Assembly: GCF_965196625.1 (NCBI RefSeq)
Contig: NZ_OZ239769.1
Coordinates: forward strand, 870,001 to 902,000
Reading direction: 5' to 3'
DNA: 32,000 nucleotides
Origin: Candidatus Saccharimonadota bacterium
GTDB taxonomy: Bacteria; Bacteroidota; Bacteroidia; Cytophagales; Amoebophilaceae
A program made the translations under genes and the position numbers. Each line of letters opens with the position of its first letter. Positions within the stretch are counted from its first letter, which is position 1. Of the stretch, positions 15,688 to 25,829 are shown piece by piece. The notes beneath the pieces were generated by a model. It was not told the origin of the DNA, ran no database searches, and saw nothing but the letters and a program-made list of their open reading frames with translations.

Positions 15688-17319
15688 CTACATCATACCA
15701 CCCATTCCGCCACCCATTTGAGGCATAGGAGCAGCTTTCTCATCCTCAGGATCATCGGCTACTACACAAGCTGTAGTGAGCAAAAGAGAAGCAATAGAAG
15801 CTGCATTCTCTAGCGCCAATCTGGTTACTTTAGTTGGATCAATGATGCCAGCTGCATAGAGTTCTTCAAATGCATCTGTGCGGGCATTGTACCCAAAGGA
15901 ATCAGAACCTTCTTTGACGCGTTGTACCACTACAGATGGCTCACCACCTGCATTGGACACAATGGTTCTTAAAGGAGACTCTAGTGCCAGCTTTAAGATT
16001 TTAACACCGGTACCTTCATCTTCATTTTCTACAGATATGGTATCTAATATCCCAGCTGCACGTAACAAAGCCACACCTCCGCCTGGAATAATACCCTCTT
16101 GCACAGCTGCTCTTGTTGCATGTAAGGCATCATCTACACGGTCTTTTTTCTCCTTCATTTCTACTTCTGTAGCCGCACCAATATAAAGAATGGCTACACC
16201 ACCAGATAGCTTTGCCAAACGTTCTTGTAGTTTTTCTTTATCGTAATCAGAAGTAGCATGTGCGATTTGTGCTTTAATTTGGGCGATTCTCGCTTCAATA
16301 TCTTTCTTGTTTCCACCACCATTTACAATAACTGTACTATCCTTATCGATATTGATTTTTTCTGCCGTACCCAAACAGTCTAAAGTAGCGGTTTCAAGCT
16401 TGCAACCTTTTTCTTCAGAGATTACAGCACCTCCCGCAAGCACCGCAATATCCTCCAACATTGCTTTTCTTCTATCGCCAAAGCCAGGTGCCTTTACAGC
16501 AGCTACACGCAAAACGCCACGGATTTTATTTACAACAAGTGTCGCCAACGCTTCACCATCTACATCCTCGGCAATAATCACCAATGGTCTACCACTTTGA
16601 GAAACGGCCTCTAAAATAGGTAATAAATCCTTCATGGTAGAAATCTTCTTATCACAAATCAATATATAAGGATTCGAAAGCTCTACCTCCATTTTTTCTG
16701 TATTAGTGGCAAAATAAGGCGATAAATAGCCCCGATCAAATTCCATCCCCTCTACTACTTTTACTTCTGTTTCGGTACCTTTAGCCTCTTCAACTGTAAT
16801 CACACCATCTTTGCCCACCTTATCCATAGCATCTGCAATCATTTTACCGATTTTGCTATCATTATTAGCGGAAATAGTGGCTACCTGTTCTATTTCTTTA
16901 GAACTATTAATCTTTTTAGAGACTTCTTGCAACTTTTTAACAATTGCGCCTACACCTTTGTCTATACCACGTTTGAGATCCATAGGATTGGCACCTGCAG
17001 CCACATTTTTAATACCATGTGTAAAAATAGATTGTGCCAAGAGTGTAGCGGTAGTCGTACCATCTCCAGCACTATCTGCTGTTTTAGAAGCCACTTCTTT
17101 AACCAGCTGTGCTCCCATATTTTCTACAGGATCTTTTAGGCTGATTTCTTTTGCTACCGATACACCATCTTTAGTGACACTAGGGGCACCAAACTTTTTA
17201 TCTAAAATAACATTTCTTCCTTTTGGGCCTAAGGTAACCTTCACAGCGTTGGCCATTGTATCAATACCTCGCTTAAGCTTTTCTCGTGCTTCTGCATCAA
17301 AAATTATATTCTTTGCCAT
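15688..17319 (-). CDS. groEL: Chaperonin GroEL
   Basis: 543 aa with unmistakable Cpn60 sequence ([31 protein letters not shown]-terminal GGMGGMM repeat). Confidence 0.99.
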   Translation of the reverse strand: MAKNIIFDAEAREKLKRGIDTMANAVKVTLGPKGRNVILDKKFGAPSVTKDGVSVAKEISLKDPVENMGAQLVKEVASKTADSAGDGTTTATLLAQSIFTHGIKNVAAGANPMDLKRGIDKGVGAIVKKLQEVSKKINSSKEIEQVATISANNDSKIGKMIADAMDKVGKDGVITVEEAKGTETEVKVVEGMEFDRGYLSPYFATNTEKMEVELSNPYILICDKKISTMKDLLPILEAVSQSGRPLVIIAEDVDGEALATLVVNKIRGVLRVAAVKAPGFGDRRKAMLEDIAVLAGGAVISEEKGCKLETATLDCLGTAEKINIDKDSTVIVNGGGNKKDIEARIAQIKAQIAHATSDYDKEKLQERLAKLSGGVAILYIGAATEVEMKEKKDRVDDALHATRAAVQEGIIPGGGVALLRAAGILDTISVENEDEGTGVKILKLALESPLRTIVSNAGGEPSVVVQRVKEGSDSFGYNARTDAFEELYAAGIIDPTKVTRLALENAASIASLLLTTACVVADDPEDEKAAPMPQMGGGMGGMM

Positions 17320-17373
17320 TGTATATTAGTTTATTATAAGGTTATAAAGAGCTGATCAACGCCTGCCATGCTA

Positions 17374-17652
17374 TTAAGCAATGGCATAAATATCAGATTC
17401 TTTCATAATAAGATAGAGCTTACCATCTATATGTAACTCTGTACCACTATACTTCCCATAAAGTACCTTATCCCCTACTTTAAGGGTCATAGGTTCATCT
17501 TTCTTTCCTGGGCCTACTGCAATGATTTCTCCTTTTTGAGGTTTTTCTTTAGCACTGTCAGGAATAATAATTCCGCCTATTGTTTTTTCTTCAGCTGCTG
17601 CAGGCTCTACTAGAACCCTATCAGCTAATGGTTTTATATGAACTTTGCTCAT
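17374..17652 (-). CDS. groES: Co-chaperonin GroES
   Basis: 92 aa, [11 protein letters not shown]...[24 protein letters not shown]...[13 protein letters not shown], immediately upstream of groEL. Confidence 0.98.
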   Translation of the reverse strand: MSKVHIKPLADRVLVEPAAAEEKTIGGIIIPDSAKEKPQKGEIIAVGPGKKDEPMTLKVGDKVLYGKYSGTELHIDGKLYLIMKESDIYAIA

Positions 17653-17979
17653 AACTTATATTTTATAATAATGGTTGATCGTATAAATCGAAATTAAAAC
17701 GTGAACCACAGAATAATTTGGTCGCACGGACTTTAACCTGATCTGCACTACAGCAGGTTTCATGCCAAACTGCTTGATCGCTTCAATAATGTACAGTATA
17801 GCTAGATAGTTACTGACAATTAGTCAGTGTCCGTCCATAATAGATCTCTTTTTCATGCCTTTTTAAACTATCTTATAGAAGTTGCTGTGCGATATCGCTA
17901 CCGTGCTATGGTAATGAATTAAAAAGGCTTTAAATTTAGAGATCATATAGTTCGAAAGAGGCCTATTATAATAAAGCAT

Positions 17980-20376
17980 ATGTTAAAATCCTTATCCATT
18001 ACGCCTACTGAAATCGTGAATGACTACCGCATAGCTTGCGAAAGCAGGGCAGCAAGTCTATTGGCACGCAAAGAGGTTTTTGCAGGAAAGGCCAAATTTG
18101 GAATTTTTGGAGATGGCAAAGAGGTTGCGCAACTCGCTATGGCTAAATATTTCGAAGCTGGAGATTGGCGTTCTGGTTACTACAGGGACCAAACTTTTAT
18201 GTTTGCGATTGGTGCGTTAACCTTGCAACAATACTTTGCCCAATTATATGCACACGCTTCCATAGAGGCTGATCCGGCTTCTGGAGGGAGAATGATGAAC
18301 AGCCATTTTGCAACAAGATTTATAGATGCAGCGGGTAATTGGCTTAATCAATTAACCAGCAAAAATGTTTCAGCTGATCTCTCCTGTACGGCTTCACAAA
18401 TGCCTAGATTATTGGGGCTGGCCTATGCTTCTAAATTATATCGGTCTGCTGATTTTCAGAATATTCAAAAAAATTTCTCCAATAAAGGTAATGAAGTAGC
18501 TTTTGGTACCATTGGTGATGCAAGCACTTCAGAGGGTATGTTTTTTGAAACCATTAATGCAGGGGGGGTATTGCAGGTGCCTATGTGTATTTCTATTTGG
18601 GATGATGGATATGGCATTTCGGTTCCCCAGCAGTATCATACTACTAAGGGAGATATTTCAACCATTTTAAGTGGCTTCCAACGAACACATACCCAGCCTG
18701 GATATGAAATATTTGTTACGAAAGGATGGGATTATGTAGACTTATGCCATACCTATCAACAAGCAGTAACCATCTGTCGAAAAGAGCATGTTCCTGTACT
18801 GATTCACGTTAAAGAGCTCACCCAACCACAAGGCCATTCTACATCTGGTTCTCATGAACGTTATAAACCGGCAGAACGATTAAGATGGGAGGCGGAGTAC
18901 GATTGCCTGCCAAAGATGGCCGCATGGATCATAGAAAGTGGCATCACCACAGAAGAAAGGCTCCAACAAATTGCCATAGCTGCAGATAAAAAAGTAAAAA
19001 TAGCGCAGCAAGCAGCCTGGGATGCATTAATGAATGAAAATAGGCAAGAAAAAAAAGAGCTACTGGCTTTACTCAATAACATTGTATTGCCCAAAGAAGA
19101 AACCGGCCATAGTCCGCTTCCAGCCATTGTGGATGCACTCGCCAGATGCCCATATCCCCGCCATTTGGATGTAACCCGGGCAGCAGACCAAGCGCTCTAT
19201 GCATTACGCAATATACCCTATCTACATAAAAAAGGGCTACTTGCTTGGTGGCATAAGAATATAAGAGATAACGCAAAAAGATTTAACAGCGATCTCTATA
19301 GCAATGCTAGCAATGCGGCCTTATGTGTAAAAGGGAATCCACCTATTTATGGAGAAAACCCTGAGCAGGTAGACGGTAGAGAAATATTATGTAGTGGTTT
19401 TAAAGCGTTATTGGCGCGTGACGGTCGTATTTTTGCGATTGGACAAGATTTAGGGAAAATAGGTGATGTCAATCAAGGCTTTGCAGGTCTACAAACGCTA
19501 TATGGGGAATTACGTGTAACAGATACCAGCATTCGAGAATGTACGATGATTGGTCAAGGCATTGGTGCAGCTATGCGTGGGCTAAGGCCTATCGTTGAAA
19601 TACAATACTTAGATTACCTGCCTTATGCCCTTCAAATTATAGAAGATGATTTAGCAACGCTTCGATATAGAACAAAAGGAGGGCAAAAAGCACCTATGGT
19701 TATTCGTACCAGAGGCCACCGGTTAGAAGGTATTTGGCATGCAGGTTCTTATATCTCGAGCATTATGCATGCGATAAGGGGTATATACCTACTCGTGCCC
19801 CGTAATATGACCCAAGCAGTTGGCTTCTACAATACGATGATGCAGTCAGATGATGCTGCTTTAATCATTGAGTGTTTAAATGGTTACCGCTTAAAAGAGC
19901 CTATGCCTAGTAACGTGGCTGCAATGACCATACCCATAGGTGTTCCAGAGCGCCTTCGTGTAGGTAGAGATGTGACCATTGTAACCTATGGTGCCATGTG
20001 CCGTATTGTTTGTAAAGCAGCAGATGGGCTCTCTGCTTTAGCGATAGAATGCGAAGTAATGGACGTACAAACCTTATTACCTTTTGACATCCACCATGGC
20101 ATTGCCCAATCATTAGCGAAAACCAATCGGATTGTGTTTGCAGATGAAGATGTACCAGGTGGTACAACCGCTTATATGATGCAACAGGTATTGGAAGCAC
20201 AGAATGGCTATGCCATGCTGGACGCAGCGCCTCTAACCATTACCAGCAAACCCCATCGCCCCGCCTACGGAGATGATGGAAACTATTTTTCTAAACCTAA
20301 TGTAGAAGAAGTGGTTGGTAAAATATATAACATGATACATCAAGTAGATCCACTACGTTACCCAGCTATTTTTTGA
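17980..20376 (+). CDS. Fused alpha/beta E1 component of a 2-oxoacid dehydrogenase (TPP-dependent)
   Basis: 798 aa. The N-terminal half resembles the E1 alpha TPP-binding region (GTIGDASTSEGMFFETIN). The C-terminal half resembles the E1 beta/transketolase-like pyrimidine-binding and C-terminal domains (RVTDTSIRECTMIGQGIGAAMRGLRPIVEIQYLDY). Confidence 0.85.
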   Translation: MLKSLSITPTEIVNDYRIACESRAASLLARKEVFAGKAKFGIFGDGKEVAQLAMAKYFEAGDWRSGYYRDQTFMFAIGALTLQQYFAQLYAHASIEADPASGGRMMNSHFATRFIDAAGNWLNQLTSKNVSADLSCTASQMPRLLGLAYASKLYRSADFQNIQKNFSNKGNEVAFGTIGDASTSEGMFFETINAGGVLQVPMCISIWDDGYGISVPQQYHTTKGDISTILSGFQRTHTQPGYEIFVTKGWDYVDLCHTYQQAVTICRKEHVPVLIHVKELTQPQGHSTSGSHERYKPAERLRWEAEYDCLPKMAAWIIESGITTEERLQQIAIAADKKVKIAQQAAWDALMNENRQEKKELLALLNNIVLPKEETGHSPLPAIVDALARCPYPRHLDVTRAADQALYALRNIPYLHKKGLLAWWHKNIRDNAKRFNSDLYSNASNAALCVKGNPPIYGENPEQVDGREILCSGFKALLARDGRIFAIGQDLGKIGDVNQGFAGLQTLYGELRVTDTSIRECTMIGQGIGAAMRGLRPIVEIQYLDYLPYALQIIEDDLATLRYRTKGGQKAPMVIRTRGHRLEGIWHAGSYISSIMHAIRGIYLLVPRNMTQAVGFYNTMMQSDDAALIIECLNGYRLKEPMPSNVAAMTIPIGVPERLRVGRDVTIVTYGAMCRIVCKAADGLSALAIECEVMDVQTLLPFDIHHGIAQSLAKTNRIVFADEDVPGGTTAYMMQQVLEAQNGYAMLDAAPLTITSKPHRPAYGDDGNYFSKPNVEEVVGKIYNMIHQVDPLRYPAIF

Positions 20377-20440
20377 TGCTATAAAATTTGCTTACTTTTC
20401 TCTCTCTTTCACGGCTACCCATTATGTCCTCGTTAAATAG

Positions 20441-22195
20441 CTAAACTAGCATTCCATTTACTTGGTGGTCCCAAAGAGCCTTAAATTTACCATCTGGAAT
20501 AGCCAATAAGTCTATAAAGTTCCCATCCTCAATAATGCTTCCATTGTCCATAACCACAATTCTATCTAAATGTTTTATAGTTGAAAGACGATGTGCTATA
20601 GCAATAACGGTTACACGATCTACTTCAAGCACTTTGCTGATGGCTCTCTGAATTTCTTGTTCGGTATGGCTATCCAGTGAAGAAGTAGCTTCATCTAAAA
20701 TCAAAATAGGTGCATTTTTGAGCATAGCCCTGGCAATTGCAATCCGTTGACGTTGTCCACCGCTTAGTTTAACCCCCCGTTCCCCTACAAGTGTATTATA
20801 TTGATCAGGAAGGGTTTCAATAAATTCATGGATGCCCGCTACTTTTGCCGCATTGGTAATTTCAGCTTGCGTGGCATCTTCTTTGGCATAACCAATATTC
20901 TCTCCAATAGAACGATGGAACAACATGATATCTTGTGGAATTAATGATACTTGTGTACGTAAACTTTCGGAAGAAACATCATAAATACTTTGATTATCAA
21001 TAATAATATTTCCACTTGTTGGTTTAAAATTTTTAAGTAGTAAAGATATTAAAGTGGACTTCCCAGATCCAGAGCGTCCGACTATACCTACCTTTTGACC
21101 CGCTTGGATAGCAAGATTTAGATCTTGAAAGATAGGCTGGTTCTTTGCATAACTGAAAGATAGATTCTGGAATAGAATAGCACCCCTTAAAACGCCTAGT
21201 TCCATCGCATCAGGTTTATCTATTGTATCTTTAGGTATTTGCATAATGGTAAATGCCGAACGAAAAGCAGCAATATTTTCTAAAAAATTTTTAATCTGGT
21301 TTGTTGTACGCCACGAGTTTTCACTAAATGAGAAGGTAAGAGAGATAATAAAAGCAATATCTCCAATGGATATTTGGCCACTATTACGTAAATATATAGC
21401 ATAACAAAATAGAAATATCAAAAATACCCAATAGAATAAACCTAATATGATAGATACAATTAGGTCATACCTATAGTACTTGGTCAGTAATGGTGTGTGT
21501 ATATTGTTATAATAATCTTGGATTTTCTTTAATTCACGCTTTTTGGTAGCGAAAGAAAAGATTGTGAAGATGTTAGTCATACGATCAGCAACTGTTCCAA
21601 ACAAGTAATACCAAGAATCTTGCTTGGCTTTCTCCATATTAGCAATTTTTGTAAAAAAGTGAAAGGCTATTAGTGAGTAGGTAATACTAAATATTAGCAC
21701 AAAAAAGAATATTTTTATATTAGTAAGCGCTAGCGCAATGCTACAAAATAATGTAATCAATAATGGGACACTAAGTTTGCATTCAAGTGCCTGATGTATC
21801 TTAAGATAGTTATCACCAATGCCTTTTATCTTACCAATAATAGAACCTGAAAGATTATTTTGAAAATAACTATAGGGCAGATTAAAACAATGTTTACAAA
21901 CGCTATATAACATGCTCTTTACAATGCTAGGCATACATTTTAATTGAGCAAAATTATGTGCACGCCATCCACCATCAAGTATAACTTGGGCCCCTATAAA
22001 CCATGCTATGGCTTTGTAACTTTTTTTAAAAGTAATATGTTGATCTTGAGTAAATAGATCAATCAATAGTTTCACAGCGTAGTTATAGATAATCGGATAT
22101 ATCGCATTTCCAAATGGAGCGATCATCATGATTAGGTATTGATATTTGTATGGTTTTATAACCGACCATAAAAAAGAAAATGGCTTATGATGCAT
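20441..22195 (-). CDS. ABC exporter, fused permease/ATPase (MsbA-like)
   Basis: 584 aa. N-terminal six-helix TMD followed by an NBD with Walker A GRSGSGKST, signature LSGGQRQRIAIARA and Walker B ILILDEATS. Confidence 0.9.
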   Translation of the reverse strand: MHHKPFSFLWSVIKPYKYQYLIMMIAPFGNAIYPIIYNYAVKLLIDLFTQDQHITFKKSYKAIAWFIGAQVILDGGWRAHNFAQLKCMPSIVKSMLYSVCKHCFNLPYSYFQNNLSGSIIGKIKGIGDNYLKIHQALECKLSVPLLITLFCSIALALTNIKIFFFVLIFSITYSLIAFHFFTKIANMEKAKQDSWYYLFGTVADRMTNIFTIFSFATKKRELKKIQDYYNNIHTPLLTKYYRYDLIVSIILGLFYWVFLIFLFCYAIYLRNSGQISIGDIAFIISLTFSFSENSWRTTNQIKNFLENIAAFRSAFTIMQIPKDTIDKPDAMELGVLRGAILFQNLSFSYAKNQPIFQDLNLAIQAGQKVGIVGRSGSGKSTLISLLLKNFKPTSGNIIIDNQSIYDVSSESLRTQVSLIPQDIMLFHRSIGENIGYAKEDATQAEITNAAKVAGIHEFIETLPDQYNTLVGERGVKLSGGQRQRIAIARAMLKNAPILILDEATSSLDSHTEQEIQRAISKVLEVDRVTVIAIAHRLSTIKHLDRIVVMDNGSIIEDGNFIDLLAIPDGKFKALWDHQVNGMLV

Positions 22196-22268
22196 ATCTA
22201 TTTTGGGAATTATTACCTAATAATTTTCTCACCTTTAAATTGAACAAAATTGTCTACACACCATCAAT

Positions 22269-23012
22269 TTACGCTCGCAAGCAAGAGAATGTAGTACCAT
22301 AGGTTTTTTCTAGGAAGTCAGCTGTAAAAACCTCTTTTGTATTACCGGAAGCTACCAGCGTATGATTAAGCAATACCAACCAATCAAAATAGCCATGTAC
22401 AGATCCTAAATCATGGTGTACCACCACAATCGTTTTCCCTGCTGCGACCATATCTTTTAAAAGTTTAATAACGATTTTTTCTGTCGTAACATCTATACCT
22501 GTAAAAGGTTCATCCATAAAATACAATTCTGCATCTTGTGCCAATGCCCTAGCTAAAAATACACGTTGTTGTTGCCCTCCAGATAGCTCTCCAATTTGTC
22601 GCTTAGCAAGATGTGCCATACCTAGCTTTTCTAAGCACTGCATAGCTATTGCTTTATCTTTTTTGTTAGGACGTTGAAAAAATCCCAATCTATTATACCT
22701 ACCCAAAAGCGCAATGTCAAAGACGGAAGCAGGAAAGTTCCAATCTACTGATTCTTTTTGAGGTACATAACTAATGCGTTTTCTTACCTTATCTATAGGT
22801 TCTCCAAATAGTTTTATTGTACCCTTTTGATAAGGAATAAGCCCCATGGCAGCCTTTAGTAAAGTAGATTTACCTGCCCCATTAGGACCTATTATGCCAA
22901 TAATTTTATGGGATGGTAAACCAAAACTAACTTTTTCCAGTACAATTTTGTTCTTTGTATAACCAACGGTTAAATCCTTTATGTTTATGATATCCTTTTT
23001 TATTTGCATCAT
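22269..23012 (-). CDS. Metal (Zn/Mn) ABC importer ATP-binding protein (TroB/ZnuC-like)
   Basis: I prefer the start at MMQIKKDI (23012), 2 nt after the upstream SBP stop. Walker A GPNGAGKST, signature LSGGQQQRVFLARA, Walker B LYFMDEPFTGID. Confidence 0.9.
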   Translation of the reverse strand: MMQIKKDIINIKDLTVGYTKNKIVLEKVSFGLPSHKIIGIIGPNGAGKSTLLKAAMGLIPYQKGTIKLFGEPIDKVRKRISYVPQKESVDWNFPASVFDIALLGRYNRLGFFQRPNKKDKAIAMQCLEKLGMAHLAKRQIGELSGGQQQRVFLARALAQDAELYFMDEPFTGIDVTTEKIVIKLLKDMVAAGKTIVVVHHDLGSVHGYFDWLVLLNHTLVASGNTKEVFTADFLEKTYGTTFSCLRA

Positions 23013-23014
23013 AT

Positions 23015-23953
23015 TTATTTTAGTGCATTCACAATGGTTGTAGTATTGGCGCGGAGCATTCCACAATAGGTGCCTTCTAAGGTGTCAGGTGCACCAAGTG
23101 CATCTGAATAGAGGTACCCTCCTACCCCTATCTTATGTCCGTAATGGGCACAACTTTCTACTACAGCCTGCATAGATTTATCTGAAACAGAAGTTTCAAA
23201 AAAAACTGCTTTGATGTTTCGTTCTATAATAAGCTCTACAATACGTTTAATGTCTTTTAAACCACATTCAGCTACAGTAGAAACACCCTGTAAACCAACT
23301 ACTTCTATATTATATGCCTTGCCAAAGTAACCAAAAGCATCATGTGCAGTGACCAATACCCGTTGTTTTTTTGGAATAGATGCAATTTGGGTAGTAATGG
23401 ATTGGTGTAATTGTTCTAGTACCTTTATGTAAGCAAACGTATTGCTTTGATAGTAAGCTGCTGATTCGGGCCTTGCTGCTTGGAGCTTTTGGCTAATAAA
23501 ACCGACTACCTGTTTCCATAGTTGTACATCAAACCAAATATGGGGATCTATGCCAATAGGAAAAATATCCTCAAACAATAGCTGTGTTGTATGAAGGGCA
23601 TCACTAACCGCATAAACTTTCTTTTCTTGAGCTATTCTTTCTAATAGGTCATTCATTTTTCCTTCTAAGGAAAGCCCATGACAAAAGACTATATCAGCAT
23701 GTTTAAGTTGTTGAACATCTTTTTGAGTAGTTTGATAGGTATGCGGATCTATACCAGGTCCCATTAGGACCACTACCTGGACATCTTCTTTTACAATGTT
23801 TTTAATAGCATCTCCGAGCATACCTGTAGTGGATAAAATAACAAATTTTTCATTCGTAGTCTCATCAAAACAAGAGGATAAAATGCAACAAAAAAATAGA
23901 CAAAAAACTTTATACAAATTTGATACTATGTATTTATTAAAAGTGGCTATCAT
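23015..23953 (-). CDS. Metal ABC transporter substrate-binding lipoprotein, copy 2 (TroA/ZnuA-like)
   Basis: 312 aa with lipoprotein signal (CCILSS-C). Cluster A-I SBP motifs GPGIDPHTY, GIDPHIWFD, TAHDAFGYF, ETSVSDKS. It is a paralog of 24177..25115. Confidence 0.9.
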   Translation of the reverse strand: MIATFNKYIVSNLYKVFCLFFCCILSSCFDETTNEKFVILSTTGMLGDAIKNIVKEDVQVVVLMGPGIDPHTYQTTQKDVQQLKHADIVFCHGLSLEGKMNDLLERIAQEKKVYAVSDALHTTQLLFEDIFPIGIDPHIWFDVQLWKQVVGFISQKLQAARPESAAYYQSNTFAYIKVLEQLHQSITTQIASIPKKQRVLVTAHDAFGYFGKAYNIEVVGLQGVSTVAECGLKDIKRIVELIIERNIKAVFFETSVSDKSMQAVVESCAHYGHKIGVGGYLYSDALGAPDTLEGTYCGMLRANTTTIVNALK

Positions 23954-24039
23954 ACAGAATATTTTTCTAACACTATACAGCTATTGATACACTATTGCCA
24001 TTTCTTATAGATTATGGAATCTTTCTTACTGCTTAGATG

Positions 24040-24176
24040 GGCTTCATTCAATAATCCTATTACATGTCTTTATAACTTTATGAGCGGGTTATGCAAACCT
24101 AACTTTTTCTCTATAACTTTGCTATTGATAGTGGTGGAATTATGATCTCTTTATATCTTCTATTGAGCCTTCATAT
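24040..24176 (-). pseudogene. Relic of the 5' end of the metal ABC ATPase gene (duplication scar)
   Basis: The reverse complement aligns by eye with the first ~45 codons of 22269..23012, for example GAAAAAGTTAGGTTTGCATAACCCGCTCATAAAGTTA versus GAAAAAGTTAGTTTTGGTTTACCATCCCATAAAATTA. It is riddled with stops. Confidence 0.6.
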
Positions 24177-25115
24177 TTATTTCAGTGCATTCACAATGGT
24201 TGTAGTATTGGCACGGACCATCCCACAATAGGTGCCTTCTAAGGTGTCAGGTGCACCAAGTGCATCTGAATAGAGGTACCCTCCTACCCCTACCTTATGG
24301 CCGTAATGCGCACAACCTTCTAATACAGCCCGCATGGATTTATCTGAAACAGAAGTTTCAAGAAAAATTGCTTTAATATTTCGTTTTATAATAAGCTGTA
24401 CAATACGATTAATGTCTTTTAAACCACACTCAGATACAGTAGAAATACCCTGTAAACCAACTACTTCTATATCATAGGCCTTGCCAAAATAACCAAAAGC
24501 ATCATGTGCAGTAATCAATACCCGTTGTTCTTTTGGAATGGATTGCAGTTGGGTGGTAATGGATTGGTGTAATTGCTCTAAAGTTTCTAGGTAAGCAACG
24601 GTATTATTTTGATAGCGAGCCGCTGATTCAGGCCTTGCTGCTTGGAGCTTTTGACTGATAAAGCTGATTACTTGTTTCCATAGTCTTATATCAAACCAGA
24701 TATGAGGGTCTATGCCAATCGCACCATCGCATAGTAGCTGTGTTGCATGAAGGGCATTACCAACCGCATATACCTTTCTTTTTTGAGCCATTTTTTTTAA
24801 TAAATTATTCATTTTTCCTTCTAAATCAAGCCCATTATAAAATATCATATCCGCATGCTCAAGCTGTTGTACATCTTTTTGAGTAGTTTGATAGGTATGT
24901 GGATCTATACCAGGCCCCATTAGACTGACTACCACTACATCCTTATCATCTTGTACAATGTTTTGAACAGCATCTCCTAGTATACCAGTAGTAGTTAAAA
25001 TGGTAAATAGCTGGTTATCGGTATCATCAGAACATGAAAATAGACCCAAGCAAAAAAAGAAATAAAAAATTTTATGCTTATTTAAAAGTAGATGCCTCAT
25101 CAAAATAGCCATCAT
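24177..25115 (-). CDS. Metal ABC transporter substrate-binding lipoprotein, copy 1 (TroA/ZnuA-like)
   Basis: 312 aa with lipoprotein signal (CLGLFS-C) and the same metal-site motifs as copy 2. The 3' ~120 nt are nearly identical to copy 2. Its start overlaps the regulator stop (ATGA). Confidence 0.9.
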   Translation of the reverse strand: MMAILMRHLLLNKHKIFYFFFCLGLFSCSDDTDNQLFTILTTTGILGDAVQNIVQDDKDVVVVSLMGPGIDPHTYQTTQKDVQQLEHADMIFYNGLDLEGKMNNLLKKMAQKRKVYAVGNALHATQLLCDGAIGIDPHIWFDIRLWKQVISFISQKLQAARPESAARYQNNTVAYLETLEQLHQSITTQLQSIPKEQRVLITAHDAFGYFGKAYDIEVVGLQGISTVSECGLKDINRIVQLIIKRNIKAIFLETSVSDKSMRAVLEGCAHYGHKVGVGGYLYSDALGAPDTLEGTYCGMVRANTTTIVNALK

Positions 25116-25771
25116 AAAGTTATTAAAATGTTATCTGTTATTTTACGGGATATATTAATTTTATATTGGTTATCAATAGATATATCCATAGATTCATCAA
25201 ATTGGATCTTCTCAACAACGGTTATTTTAACCCCTAAGTAAATATTTCTTTTACCCAAATATTGTAAAAAAGAAGCTGAGTCATCTTTAATGACACTTAC
25301 TATGCCACTTTCCCCTTCAGATAGATCGGTCATTAACCATCTGGGTTTAGCGATAATATGTCCATCAGCATTTGGAATCACTATACCATGAGGGTTACAA
25401 TATGGATTGCCTAAAAAATGATCTAGTCTATCTATCAGTACATCAGAGTCAATATGCTCTAGCTGTTCTGCGATCTCATGTATTTCGCTCCAGCCAAATT
25501 TTAATTTATCTACCAAAAAAACCTCCCAGAGCAAATGTTTGCGTAGAATCTTTATAGCAGATTGCTTCCCTGTTTCTGTCAAAGTCACACCTTGGTATTT
25601 ACGGTAGACTACTAGCCCTTTTTGATGTAGTTTCTGTACCATGTCCGTAATAGATGCAGCACTGGTATGTAAAAATTCTGCCATAGCAGTAGTGGTAACC
25701 AATGTTTCTTTCTTTTCCGAAAGCATATAAATGGCTTTTAAATAATTCTCTTCTGCATGTGTACGTTTCAT
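25112..25771 (-). CDS. DtxR/MntR/TroR-family metal-dependent transcriptional repressor
   Basis: 219 aa. N-terminal winged HTH (EENYLKAIYML...TTTAMAEFLHTSAASITDMVQKL), a metal-binding/dimerisation region, and a C-terminal FeoA/SH3-like extension. Confidence 0.85.
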   Translation of the reverse strand: MKRTHAEENYLKAIYMLSEKKETLVTTTAMAEFLHTSAASITDMVQKLHQKGLVVYRKYQGVTLTETGKQSAIKILRKHLLWEVFLVDKLKFGWSEIHEIAEQLEHIDSDVLIDRLDHFLGNPYCNPHGIVIPNADGHIIAKPRWLMTDLSEGESGIVSVIKDDSASFLQYLGKRNIYLGVKITVVEKIQFDESMDISIDNQYKINISRKITDNILITL

Positions 25772-25793
25772 AGATCTATTGAAAAGTTTTAGT

Positions 25794-25801
25794 CAAATTT
25801 A
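25794..25801 (-). promoter_or_regulatory. Candidate Bacteroidota-type -7 promoter element
   Basis: The minus strand reads TAAATTTG, matching the TAnnTTTG consensus, 23-30 nt upstream of the ATG at 25771. Confidence 0.35.
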
Positions 25802-25805
25802 AATA

Positions 25806-25829
25806 AATATTTAGACATATCTAAATATT
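25806..25829. promoter_or_regulatory. Candidate operator of the DtxR-family repressor
   Basis: Perfect 10-bp inverted repeat AATATTTAGA-CATA-TCTAAATATT, 35-58 nt upstream of the regulator start codon and directly abutting the putative -7 box. Confidence 0.45.

Noticed and set aside
15878-17329. Four plus-strand ORFs (15878..16186, 16307..16600, 16811..17329, 16927..17139) inside the groEL region
   Set aside because: They lie antisense to an unmistakable, intact groEL and have Ala/Ser/Thr/Pro-rich shadow-frame composition. They are typical antisense artefacts.
17653-17979. Search for a CIRCE (HrcA) operator or a sigma-54 (TGGCAC-N5-TTGC) promoter upstream of groES and elsewhere
   Set aside because: There is no TTAGCACTC-N9-GAGTGCTAA-like element. 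Only a short 6-bp inverted repeat (ACTGAC-N5-GTCAGT at about 17811..17827) is present, which is too weak to call. TGGCAC occurrences are intragenic and lack the -12 element.
18861-20200. Minus-strand ORFs 18861..19127, 19073..19276 and 19907..20200 inside the E1 dehydrogenase gene; also 5452..5634, 23796..23987, 25372..25557, 30564..30749, 31578..31817
   Set aside because: They are shadow ORFs within or antisense to confidently assigned genes.
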